A stretch of DNA of 64,000 nt from Euglena gracilis (taxonomy: Eukaryota), in NCBI GenBank assembly GCA_039621445.1, contig CP154954.1, positions 36,999,703 through 37,063,702 on the forward strand, in the 5' to 3' direction. This document shows positions 1-11,065 of this stretch, piece after piece. The position numbers were made by a program, and so were the translations under genes. The number at the start of each line of letters is the position of its first letter. The stretch's first letter is position 1. The notes below the pieces were generated by a model. That model was not told the DNA's origin. It ran no database searches and was given only the letters and a program-made list of their open reading frames with translations.

Positions 1-360
1 AAAGTGGGTGGGATCCCCCCTCCCCCACTCCCGGTCTTTTTTTTAAAAAAAAACCCCTGCCCCCAACCCCCAAATTGTGATTTATGACTCCCCCGAAGGC
101 AAAAAAATGCTGAGGAATCAAAAGGCAAAAATGTGCCAAAATTGTTGTGCTGAAAAAAAACAGGTGTGGGGTAGCCTGGCACTGAGGGGTTTTGGCAAAA
201 TCCCGTGAAATTGCCCAAAATATTTTGTTTTACCCCTCTGGTGCGCAAGTCAGGGGTATTTTTTGGGACGGCTTTTTTGGCCACACACCAAACCTCGACT
301 TATAACCCCCATCGCTTTGGACCGATGAAGAAAGTTAGTGGGGGTTTCAGAATTCCAAAA
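1..360. repeat. Dispersed repeat family (non-autonomous element-like); further copies at ~5120-5360 and ~5860-6125
   Basis: Similar blocks (CTCCCCCACTCCCGGTC...; GCTGAGGAATC...AATGTGCCAAAATT...GGCAAAATCCCGTGAAATT) recur; related inverted segments at ~820-900 vs 5030-5120 and ~4580-4645 vs 5360-5425. Confidence 0.7.
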
Positions 361-1956
361 ATGTCCAAAACAGCGGTCGTAGTATTTTTTTTATTTTTGT
401 TTGACGTGTGTTTGCCCCCCTCCCCCATCCGGCATTCTTGTGTTTCCGGAGGCGCTGATTTTGGGCCAAGCTTTTGTTTTGGCGCGGACGGAATTTTTTT
501 GTGTGGTGGGGTCGGGTCGTATCCCTCCCCTCAGCAGGCTTTCCCTTACAGCCCTGGGTTGGTTTGAGTCGGGGTCTGGGGCCGAGACCCCCCACCCCCT
601 GGGTCAGGGTTAGCTTAAGCCGGAGGGACCCAAGGGGGGGGGGTCCAGCCAGGCAGCAGCTCCCAGCTGGCCTGCAAACCCTCCTGGTATCGTCCAAAGA
701 AAGTTGGACCGGAAACAGGGGTTCAAAAACATGGCCGAAAAACTGCTGTTTTTGAAGCCCCCCACCCACCCACCCCCCGGGGGCCCAGGGGGGACGGGCA
801 ACTCACTCATTTTTCCCCGAAAATGGCCAAAGATCGCGAAAATGCTAAAAATATCACCTTTTTCAAAAACTTTCGGTGCCGAAAAGTATATCCAACCCCC
901 CCCCCCCAGGGTTGGATGGGAAGCCCTTCGGTCTTGAGGTAGGTGGTGGGGGGGTCCCGACCACCCCCCACCCCCCCCCGGGGCAAGGTGGTGGGGGGGG
1001 TCTGGACCACCCCCCCCCCCTAGACGTCCGGACCCCCACCCCCCTCCTTCACAGGTGCCAAAAATAGCAGAAAATTTTCTTCCGGTGCTGTGCGCCGGAA
1101 AATGAGCAAGAAACACCTCTTTTGCTGACTTTTGGCCATATTGCCCATTTTCTTTGATGTGTTCGTGTTTTCCCCCCCCCAAAAAAATGTTCAAAAGTTT
1201 CAAAAAACGAGCATTTTTGGATCGATTTTCAAAGAAAAATCAGGGATTTTTGACCGATTTCGACCCAATTTCCGGCCTTTTGCCCGTCCATGAAATGAAA
1301 ACTCCCCCCCCCCCCAGTTTCGAGGCACCCCCCCCCTCCGTGTCGGGAGGGGGGTCCGACCCACCCCCTCTCAAGGCTTCCCATCCAACCCTCCCCCCCC
1401 CCCCCCTGCCAAGGGGGGTCCAGCCGTGCCTGCATTTTTTCCAGCCAGGAGCTCCCAACCGGGCTGTGGACCCGCCCTCAGGGTCCGCTGGGGACTTTTC
1501 TAGGCAAGGGCCTAGAAAAGAAACCTCATACACTTGCATTTTCTCCCACATCCATCCCCCCATTCTCAGGTGACAGCCGAGAGGATGGCCATGTGTGGGT
1601 GTGGCACCCAGCTCTGCTGGCCATGGGGAGATGGATGGAATTACGTTGTTTTTATGACGGCGACAGCGGCACCATGCGATGCCCAGATGGCCTGGCCAGG
1701 TGGTGGGTGGTGAGGGTGCGGTGTGGTGCGGTATGGGTGTGGGGTGGGTGTTGTTTCCGAGTGCCAATGTGTGAGCAGAGTTTAAAAATCATTGATGGGA
1801 TTCAATCCCCCAACCCCAATCCCTCCGATTGAGTGATGCCCATTGATCACCTTGTTGTGGTCAATATGGCCCCCTCTGACGTTGCCTTTGGTTTTGGCTT
1901 TGATGGACCATCGCTGCTGACAGCCACCTGGGCCAGGGCTGGGCTTTTGGATTGCC

Positions 1957-2013
1957 TGTGTGTGCGTGTGTGTTGTGTGTGCGCGCGCGCGCGTGTGTGT
2001 GCATGTGCGTGTG

Positions 2014-2086
<73 letters not shown>
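1957..2086. repeat. (TG)n microsatellite
   Basis: Direct reading. Confidence 0.95.
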
Positions 2087-2087
<1 letters not shown>

Positions 2088-4132
2088 AAGTGGGTGGGTG
2101 GGTGGGTGAGTGGGGGGTATGGTTGGGTGGTCGTTGTGTGGTTGTGTGTGCACCAACAGCCCGCAAGGCCTTGTGGCAAGCGAGGAGATCCGCATCCACA
2201 ACGCAACACCACCAGGGCCTTTGGGGCGTTAAGTTGTTGTTTTGGGTCGTTGAGTTTTTGGTTCCCTGTTCCCCCCCATTGGCCAACAATGAGCACGCTA
2301 TTGAGTGGTTTTGTGGTGTTGCCAATGGGCCGAATTTCAAGGTGCTTGGGCATTCGGCCAAAGCATTTCCGGAACCCAAGGTTCCGGAAGTCACGGCTGT
2401 GCAGGAATCCCCGCAACCCCCTGGATGGGGGTCGACCCCATTTCCGGTGGCGCCAGTTTTTTGGGTCAAAATTTTCCTTCGTCGCCTTCGGAAGGAATTT
2501 CCTTTGGGCGGTGCCAAGGTGGGTGGGGGGGGGGGTCGATCCCCCATCAAGCCTTCCAGCACAGCCCTGCCAAAGTTCAGAAAAGCCCATTTTTGGCTTT
2601 TTTTGGCCGATGATTGTGGACCCCCCCCCCCAGGCAGAGCAGAACGGGAATCGGCCGAACAGCCAGGGTGGTGGGTGGGGGGGGGTCGACCCCCCCCACC
2701 CCCTGTTCCCGTATTTCCAGGAGCACCAATTTTTGGACCCGAAAAAAATTTTCCGGCGCCAGGTGTTTTTTTTTTGACCCATTTGGGACCCATGTGGGGG
2801 GGTCCCCCCAAAAGCCACCCAAAACCACCCAAAACCCCATTTTTTTCACACCTTCCAAAAATTCAACATTTTCTCAAAATGTTGATTTTGAGAAGTTTTT
2901 GAAGCAAAAAAATGCCGTTGAAAGTCCAAAAAATTTAAAAGAGAAAAAATGTCAGTAAAATTTGACTGTGCCAAAATTTGGTCCACTTTTTTTTGACCTT
3001 TGCTTTTCTCACCCCCCTCCTAAAAACTACCAATTTTCAACCCTGAAATTTTTGAGATTTTTTTTGTGAAAAAAGTGTGGCTTTCCATCAAAAATCATGT
3101 GTTTTGGGTTCATCATGTGTTTTTCTGGCCAAAATCCCCGTTTCCCAGAAATCAGTGAAAATGCTGTGGAGGGTGGGGGGGGTCGACCCCCCCACCAGGC
3201 TTTCCCGTTCTGCCCTGCCCCCAGGGCACCCCAAGCCCCCCCCCCCCCCCCCCCCGGTTGGTTGAATTCATCCTGATTGCCAATGCTTATGCCCCAAAGG
3301 TCCAAAAAACGTTGCTGTTGTCGTCGTCGTTGTTGTTGTTGCTGTTGCTGCTGTATCATAACGCCGCACGCATTTTTGTTAAAAAATGATAATACAAATA
3401 AAAATAAAAAGTGAAAGTTGATATAATCAACAAATGGTGAAAGGTATCTTCAATGTGAAATATTGTCTATTGTCCCAAACTTTGATCAGGAAAGTGCTGA
3501 ATTGAACCCTGTGTAATAAAGCAAGTGCGTGGAAGAAGTGTAATGTATTTTTGGAGGGTTCCGGGTTCTCAGGAAAGGCGTTGGCTCGATGCTTGAAAGT
3601 TTTGGGGAACCGCCAGCAACTTTTGCAACTTTTGCAATTTTTCCAGCTGGACACCAGGGTTTTTTTTGTCTTGGCCTCCTTGGGGGGGGGAGGGTGGGTT
3701 GGTCCAGCCGAGCCCCCCCCCTTCAGGGGGGGGGGGGGCTCGGCTCAGGGGGGGGGGGGGAGAAACTTTCCGGCGCCAGGGGTGGGTGGGCGGCCCCCGG
3801 GCTTTAAAAAAAACCCTGCTGGACACCACCGGAAGCTGCCCCACCGGAAAACCGTTCGCACTGCAAATTTGTCGCCACAGTTGCACACTGTCACAATTTT
3901 CTCTGTCCAAACAGAGGCGGAGCCTTTGCTTTTAGATCCATATTTTATCCCAAATGAGAGTTGGATCACCCCCCTGATTTTTGAGCTTTTTCTGTGGGTA
4001 TTCAAAAGTTTTTTGGTGTTGGTGCAAGCATTCAAGAAGGATGGGCGCTGGCTGGCCGTGCTGTTTTTAGAAGAATTTCATTTAAATTTGTATTGCACAG
4101 AATGCGGAGAGAGAGAGGGGGGATCAGCATAA

Positions 4133-4281
4133 CCCCCCCCCTAAATGACCCTATCAATATTGCTTCAGGACCCCCCAAAGGGTCATCTAGGGGGGGGTCA
4201 TTCAGGGGGATATTTTTCCCTTGGAAAATTTGTCTGCTAAATGACCCCCTAGATGACCCCCAGGGGTCATTTAGGGGGGGG
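4133..4281. mobile_element. Small palindromic MITE-like element
   Basis: Terminal inverted repeats CCCCCCCCTAAATGACCC / GGGTCATTTAGGGGGGGG with internal copies of the same motif. Confidence 0.55.
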
Positions 4282-6169
4282 TACCTCGAGTGAAAAAAAG
4301 GCTGAATCGTGAAACCCTGTAACCCAGCAACCCTGCGAATTTTGACCAGACCATGGCTGGGGGGTGAGTTTCGTCGGCCGACTAGGCCTGGTCGTCAGCT
4401 AGTCGGCGAGACGGGGTTGGCGTGGGGAAAGAGGTATTCGGCCTGCTAACGGGACAAGTTCGAAAACCCCCACTTTGAACAATTCCTGAGCAGAATTTGC
4501 GTGGTCACGCAGAAATTAGAAATGAATGGCCAATTTTGGGAAAGCGCCAAAGATAACACGAAAATCCGTTACCAACGGCAGCGCTTTGTTTCTCAAGGTA
4601 CAGAAAACCACTAACCCAACTGACCCCTCCCGGGCCTCAACCCGGGTTTCCCCAAGAAAAAAAACGGTGCTAACCCCCCCAAAAAAATGACAAAATCCCT
4701 CCCTTCCTGCTGTCAAAAAAAAATTCGGGCGACAACGCCCCAAAACCCCCCGAGCCTTTAATGCATCAAAGGCGCGGTGGCCACTCCAGGGAGTGGCCAC
4801 CGCCCCCCCCACCCCGCACCCCCTCAAATAACAAAATACTTTTTCTGGTAAAATTCTTTAGAGGGCTGCTTTTTTTCCTGAGGGGTCATTTTGACGTGGT
4901 TTTACTGGCCACCGAAAAGGTAAAAAATTTTGGCCCGCAACAAGGGGTTTTAAGTCTTGGACCGCTGGGGGGGGGTGGGGGGGGTCCGGCCGAGCCTCCC
5001 TCCCCTCACCCGGGATGGGGGGGGGGGGTGGTGGTGGGATATACTTTTCGGTGCGAAAGTTTTTGAAAAAAGGTGCCATGCTTAGCATTTTTCGCGACTT
5101 TTGGGCCATTTTGGGGGGTAAAGTGGGTAGGGTGCCCCCTCCCCCACTCCCGGTCTTTTTTTTTAAAAAAAAGAACCCCTGCCCCCAACCACCAAATTGT
5201 GGTTCATGACTCCCCCGAAGGCAAAAAAAAATGCTGAGGAATCTAAGGGCAAAAATGTGCCAAAATTACTGAAAAGAAAAACAGGTGTGGGGTGGCCTGG
5301 CACTGAGGAGTTTTGGCAAAAATCCCGTGAAATTGCCCAAAATATTTTGTTTTACCCCTCGAGTTGAGGCCCGGGTGGGGTCAGTTGGGTTTATGGTTTT
5401 TTGCCCCTTGAGAAACAAAACGACATTTTTGGAATTGTGAATACCCCCACTAACTTTCTTTTTCGGTCCAAAGCAGGGGTTATGAGTCGAGGTTTGGTGA
5501 GTGGCCTAGAAGGCCGTCTTAAAAAATACCCCTGACTGAACTGATGCTACTGAACTGACTGAAACGATGCCCAGTCCCCCCCCAAAAAATGGGAAAATCC
5601 CTTCCTTTTGGCAATAAGAATTTGGTCAAAATATCGCCGCCCCCCTGCACCCCCCAATTTTCATCAAAGGCGAGCTTAGTCGACCTGCGGCCTCCTCGGA
5701 GGGGGGGGTGGCCACCGCCCCCGCACCCTCAAAATCCTTTTGTGTTGGCAAATTCTTTGGAGGGGCTGCTTTTTTCTGAGGGGTCATTTTGACGGGTTTT
5801 CCTGGCCACCGCAAAGGTAAAAGTTTACCGGAACATGGCTGAAAACGAAAATTTTATCGAAAAAAAAGCTGAGGAATCAAAAGGCGAAAATGTGCCAAAA
5901 TTGCTGTGCCGAAAAAAAAATGTGTGGGGCAGCCTTGCGCTGAGGGGTTTTGGCAAAATCCCGTGAAATTACCCAAAATATATTGTTTTACCCCCCTGGA
6001 GCACAAGTCAGGGGTATTTTTTGGGACGGTTTTTTGGGCCACACACCAAACCTCGATTTATAACCCCCCCCCCCCCCCGCGCTTTGGACCAACAAATAAA
6101 ATTAGTGGGGATTCAGAATTCCAAAAATTTCCTTTTGTTTCTCTAGGGGGCGAAACACCGCACGGGCGA

Positions 6170-7380
6170 AAAAGGCATGGCCTCACAAGGTCTTTGTGCT
6201 TCGCCCTCGGTGCCCCGTCCTCCCTGGTCGGCTTGCCTCGAGGGAGCACGATAACCAAGCTGACCCACCCGGGCCTCAACTCGGGTTTACCCCTGAAACA
6301 AACAAAGTATGCTAAGCCCCCCAAAAATGACAAGATCCCTTCCTGATGGATAAAAAGGGTTGGAGGCTAACCCCAACCCTGACCCTGACCCTTCTTGTTG
6401 GGGAAAAAAAAGTTCGGGCAAAATATCGCCCCCCCCCCCCCCCCGCACCCCCAACCTTCAATTCATCAATTCACCATCTGCGGCCTCCTCGGGGCAGGGG
6501 GTGGCCACCCCCCCCCGCACCGCCTAAAATCCTTTTACGTTGGCAAAGTTCTTTGGACGGGCTGCTTTTTTTCTGAGGGGTCTGGCCACCGCAAAGGTGA
6601 AAAAGGAAAATTTGCCGGAACATGGCTGAAAAAAAGGAATTTTCCCTGCGAATTTTTGTATATTCACCACCTAGTCGGCGAACGTGACGGCTAGTAAACC
6701 CCCGAAATATAAAGCCCCCCCCCCCCCCGGCTTTGGACGGGATTTCAATGCCCCCAAGGGGGGCTTTATTGGGTGGGTAATCAACCTTTTTTGGCTGTCC
6801 CAGTGGCCTCAGGCGGCCATCATTTGCGGCCAAATACCAAATTTTATGCCAAATTTGCACTGTGTGCTTGCTATTTCCCTTAAAAAAAAAGTGTCAAATG
6901 TTATCCGAAATGGCGCAGTTCCTGTGAAAACAAATCCTGTATATACCCAAAAATTTCTTACGTTCTCCTGCACGGCAACATGATCTGACTCCAAATGGGG
7001 GGGTCTTTTTTTAGGCGGCAAAAACCAAACCCCCAAGGGGGGTCGTACTCCCTCAAGGCAAGCCGACCAGACAGGAAGGGACGCCGAGGGCGAAGCACAA
7101 AGACATTGCCGGCGAGCAAGGCATGGCCTCACAAGGGTAAAGTGCGGAGCCGGAGGTGCCCTTTACAATTGGGGTGCAGGCTTTATATTTTGGTGGATAC
7201 ATTACAGCTGGTGATTTGCCGAACTTGACTGACACGTCGGGCTCCGCACTTTGCCATTGAGAGGCCATGCCTTGCTCGCCGGCGGTTTGTTGTGATTGTT
7301 TGGTCCGCTGAGTTAGGGGGTCCCGCTTAGTGCCTTTTTTCGCCGGAGTTGGCTGATTCTTAACTTGTCCTTCGACACCC
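6170..7380. repeat. Stray DIRS terminal-repeat fragments (6183-6251 and 7044-7380)
   Basis: Copies of the ~65-bp GAGGGCGAAGCACAAAGAC terminal motif also seen at 7385-7453, 7678-7746, 27459-27526 and 27755-27823. Confidence 0.6.
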
Positions 7381-7766
7381 AGAATCGCACTCCCTCGAGG
7401 CAAGCCGACCAGGGAGGAAGGGACATCGAGGGCGAAGCACAAAGACCTTGTGACGCCATGTCTTGCTCGCCGGCGGTGTTGGGATTGTTTGGGTGCGCTG
7501 GGTTAGGAGTCTCTGCTTAGTGCCGCCTCGCCGGAGTTGGCTGACGATGCTGCTCCGACTTGGCGACGTGACTTCTTGCCCCTGGGGGGGGTCCTCCCCT
7601 CACCCTCCTCCTGGCCCCCATCTTCTGATCGAGGGAGTTTGAAGACAAATTTTCTTTTACAGGTAGGGGGGTCGGGCTCACAAGGTCTTTGTGCTTCGCC
7701 CTCGGTGACCCTTCCTCCCTGGTCGGTTTTCCGCGAGGGAGTACGAGACACCTTGGGCTCCGCACT

Positions 7767-8594
7767 TTACCCTTGTGAGGCCTGATTGTGCACTGGAATT
7801 AGGGGGGCCAGGGCACGTTCCAGGGCACCTTGGGCACCAAGTCTTTGATTGTGGGCTGTAAAAGCCTCCACCCCCCTCCACAGGCCAATCTCACAAACTT
7901 CTTGGGAGGAAAGGCCCAATTTTTTTAAACCAACTCCTGCCCATCTGGTGGAGCGGGCCCCCCACACCAGGGGGGTCACCCCGTGCTTGGCCAAAAAATC
8001 TTTTGCGATAGAAGCAACAGTGTCTGCACTTATGGCCCTGAAGGGGGGTTTTAATGAAATCAGAAGGGGGCCCCTAGGTCTGACGAATGAACGTGTAGCA
8101 GCCACATAAGACATCATTAGATGAAAGGGGCTTATTTGTGGACATTGGGGAATGGACACCACACTTTCCCACTTGTGAAACTTTTGGCCTTTACGTTTAA
8201 TTTTAAAGTAGGTTGCTCTACCCAAAACACTGGTGGTTCGTTTGACTTGTGCCAAGTCAGACGGTCGATATAAACAGAGAATTCGTGAGCAAAAAATCAG
8301 CTGGGTGCGCAATGTACAAATATCAGTGGGCATTGGGGCCTTGGCCAGCCCCAGCAGGATTGGGAGGGGACCCCAAAATGCCCCATACTTCTCCAGGTTT
8401 TGGTTCCAAAGCCTCTTGTAGGGGGTCAAAAGGGTGTGGAGTCTCAGCCCACCAAACCCAGGAATCAAAAGCATAGCACTGTATGCATTGCGGGCTTGGG
8501 CCTTTGAAAATTGGAACAGTTGAATTAAAGCGTCAGCCACTTGATCTGTAGTGGCTTCAGGGGGGGCACGCCCATGTGTTCCAAAATTACCCAC
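7767..8594 (-). pseudogene. DIRS tyrosine recombinase (degenerate)
   Basis: LYRPSDL (catalytic R), IKRKG, WGARSTR (HxxR decayed), IGLW; H at the expected catalytic Y position, where the 27238-27435 copy has Y. Confidence 0.8.
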
Positions 8595-8829
8595 GAAAGT
8601 GCAAAAGCACTCTGATAACGCTTTAAACTGGGGTTTCTCACCAGGAAATATTTAATGGTTTTAACCTGAATTTGTTTCCCCTCCAAGGCTTGCCTGAGCA
8701 AATCATGCAAAGCAGGGGCCACCTGGGGGGTGGCATTTGTTCCTCCCTGCAATTGATGAACATACCCCTGTAGGGGGTGATTTTCAGGCAGGGGGTCCCT
8801 GAAACTTTCATTTTCCTTAGTTGGGGGCA

Positions 8830-9075
8830 CATGTGGCTGAATCCCAGTAGGGGGTGACCATCAAAACTTTGGTCTGGGGGAAAATTTTCAACCTGGGCAC
8901 AAATTTTTGGATTATTGACCAGGGGGGGGTTGCATAAAGATCCGCCATGTTGTCCAGTGGACATTGTAGTGCATTTACTGCTGTGGCCTCCCAATGGGGC
9001 CACCTGGCCACAAAATTGGGCAGTTTTTGTTGCCTGGGGAGGCAAACAAATCTGGTTCCAGTTTTATGAAATTTT
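8830..9075 (-). pseudogene. DIRS Dam-like amino-methyltransferase (MT) domain, frameshifted
   Basis: LYATPPWSII (NPPW in the 25.7-kb copy) and VLMVTPYW; located after RNase H as in DIRS1-type elements. Confidence 0.75.
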
Positions 9076-9129
9076 GGAATTACTTTCTTAACCATTGAAA
9101 AAGTTGGGGGTCTAAAGAATAATCCCTCC

Positions 9130-9975
9130 TGTCCATTTCCCATCTGCTTATGGGGTCAGCTAGGCATTCCTTTGAAGGCACCCAGTTGACTTGGAGTTTT
9201 ACTTGGTGCTCCATGCACCATATGAAAAATGGTCTTAGCAGTTTGTTGAAGGGGTCCTTTCTCCCCCCCCCTTTGGTCAGGTAATAGTAGATTACCTGGT
9301 TGTCCACTGACAGGGACACTGTTTCCCCAGGTTTGCTCAAACTTTTCACAGTGTTTATTGCTGAACTGAGCTCCTTTACATTGATGTGTAAAATGGAGTC
9401 TTTTCTCCAAAATTTTGCACAATTTCTCCTGTGTGGGTGTCTAGCCCCCCCCCCAGGCATGGGTGCTCCTGTCTGATTGCAACCCTCTGGTTGCATTTTG
9501 GGGAAGGGTCTGCCTCCCCAGGGGTCTAGCTGAATTTTTATTTCCATTAATTTGGGTCTTGATGTCCTGGGAAATTGGGTGTTTTGAGTCCCAGGGGTCT
9601 GCGGACTTTGCCACCAAAAATTTTGTCAGGGCGTCTGTAAAAGCCCTTAAAAAGGGCAGGGCCATAAGGTTGCATCTTATTTGGCCCAAAATGGCAGCCA
9701 ATTGCCTTTTTGACATGTAATCTTTTTTCACGAGTTTTCCAAGCTCCTTTTTTATTGTTTTCACTTTCTGGGGGGGCACCTGCAGCTTTCCTTCCTGGAA
9801 GTTCAGTTGAAAAAACAGATGGGTTACCATTTGGGTGGGCTGGAGGGTGGACTTTTTCACATTGATTTTAAACCCAGAATCCAGCAAATCTTTGACAACT
9901 GTGTTCAGGTGATTTTGCAAAGTGTTTTGGGTGGTGGCCACCAGCAAAACGTCGTCCAGGTAAACAAACGCCTGG
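9130..9975 (-). pseudogene. DIRS RT C-terminus (YLDD) and RNase H
   Basis: AFVYLDDVLLVA at ~9935-9970; HINVKEL...VDNQ...WVPSKECLADPISR RNase H motifs. Confidence 0.85.
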
Positions 9976-11065
9976 TGACGACCTTTTGAGGTCGACCGCT
10001 GGGCGGCGGAGTTTTTCCCTTTTAGAAGGCCTTTTGAGGGCGGTTTTGCTCTAATTTTAAGGCTTTCTAAACATTTCCATTAAAATTCCCTCTCCTAGGG
10101 CGCCCGTGGTTTGGTTGTGCAAGGAGAGAGATTGAGTGATGCTAGGTATTCCCAAAGGGTGATTTTGGGTCTATTTAGCATAATTTTAAGCTTTTTATGC
10201 ATTTTTCCTTTGGTTTTAAGGGAAAATGTTGGATTTGGTGAGAGCGCTTGCAAGCGCTTGGAACAGAATTTTAAGAGATTGGCGCCTGAGTTCCTGAAGT
10301 TTTTGCAGGGGTTTGCAAAGCTCAATAATGATGGAATTCAGCATAATTTATCAAAATCAAGGGGGGAAACCTTGATTTTGACTTGGGTTGGTTGATTTTG
10401 ATGCAATGGGCAAGAATTTGGGATTTGAGAGCGCTTAGGAATCAGCGCACTCAATCCTAAATTTAACTGCCCATCAAGGGCATCAAAATCATTTTATTTT
10501 CACAGGGTTTTCCTCTTTACCTTTTACACCATTGTACTTGTTGTGGCAATTCAATTACAATCAAGTATTGGATTTACAATTGGAATTGCAAATGGAAGAT
10601 CAACAAAACAATCAGTCATTTGAAGAAGGTGAGGTTTGTCTTCCCCCCACCTCATCTGTGGGAAAAGGGGCAGGGGGGTGGGACTCCTCAACTCAGGCAA
10701 CCACAGGCCAATTTTCACCCCAAAACCCCCTTTTTGGCCCAGAAACTGTGAGAAATGACACCCAGGGGGGGGGTGTTGGCTCTCACTGGTTCAGCTGAGC
10801 AGGGAGGGGTTGAAACCCCAAAGGCACCCCCCTTGGAGATCCCAGTGACACCCCCCCCAGGGGTCGGGGAGGGTCCACTGGGAGGTTCCTCCTTGGAAAT
10901 GATGGCCCAGTTTCGGCCACAGGGGGGGCCAGAATGGGAAAAAATTTCCGACACAAGTCGGCTCGAGGAGCCAAAAAACGATCCTACGCCGGAAACTGGC
11001 CCGGGGCGGGGGTTTCCGCTTCACCCCAGTGCTGCCGGGGGACATGGCAGCACGGGTGTGAAACA
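9976..11065 (+). repeat. 5' LTR of element 1
   Basis: TGACGACC...GTGAAACA; only about five differences from the 3' LTR seen by eye. Confidence 0.95.

Larger units (their letters stand above)
7385..9975 (-). mobile_element. DIRS retrotransposon, 3' part (RT C-terminus, RNase H, MT, YR, terminal inverted repeats); interrupted at 9976 by LTR element 1 and continuing at 23381
   Basis: Domain order RT-RH-MT-YR; ~69-bp inverted repeat pair 7385-7453 / 7678-7746 downstream of YR. Confidence 0.85.

Noticed and set aside
3427-4110. Possible degraded hAT transposase C-terminus (KLLAVPQNFQASSQRLS, minus strand)
   Set aside because: Resemblance is short and weak; needs a profile search
1-6900. Numerous Pro/Gly-rich ORFs here, at 21346-22048, 28110-28880 and 54168-64000
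   Set aside because: Products of G/C homopolymers, microsatellites and satellites; no recognisable domains
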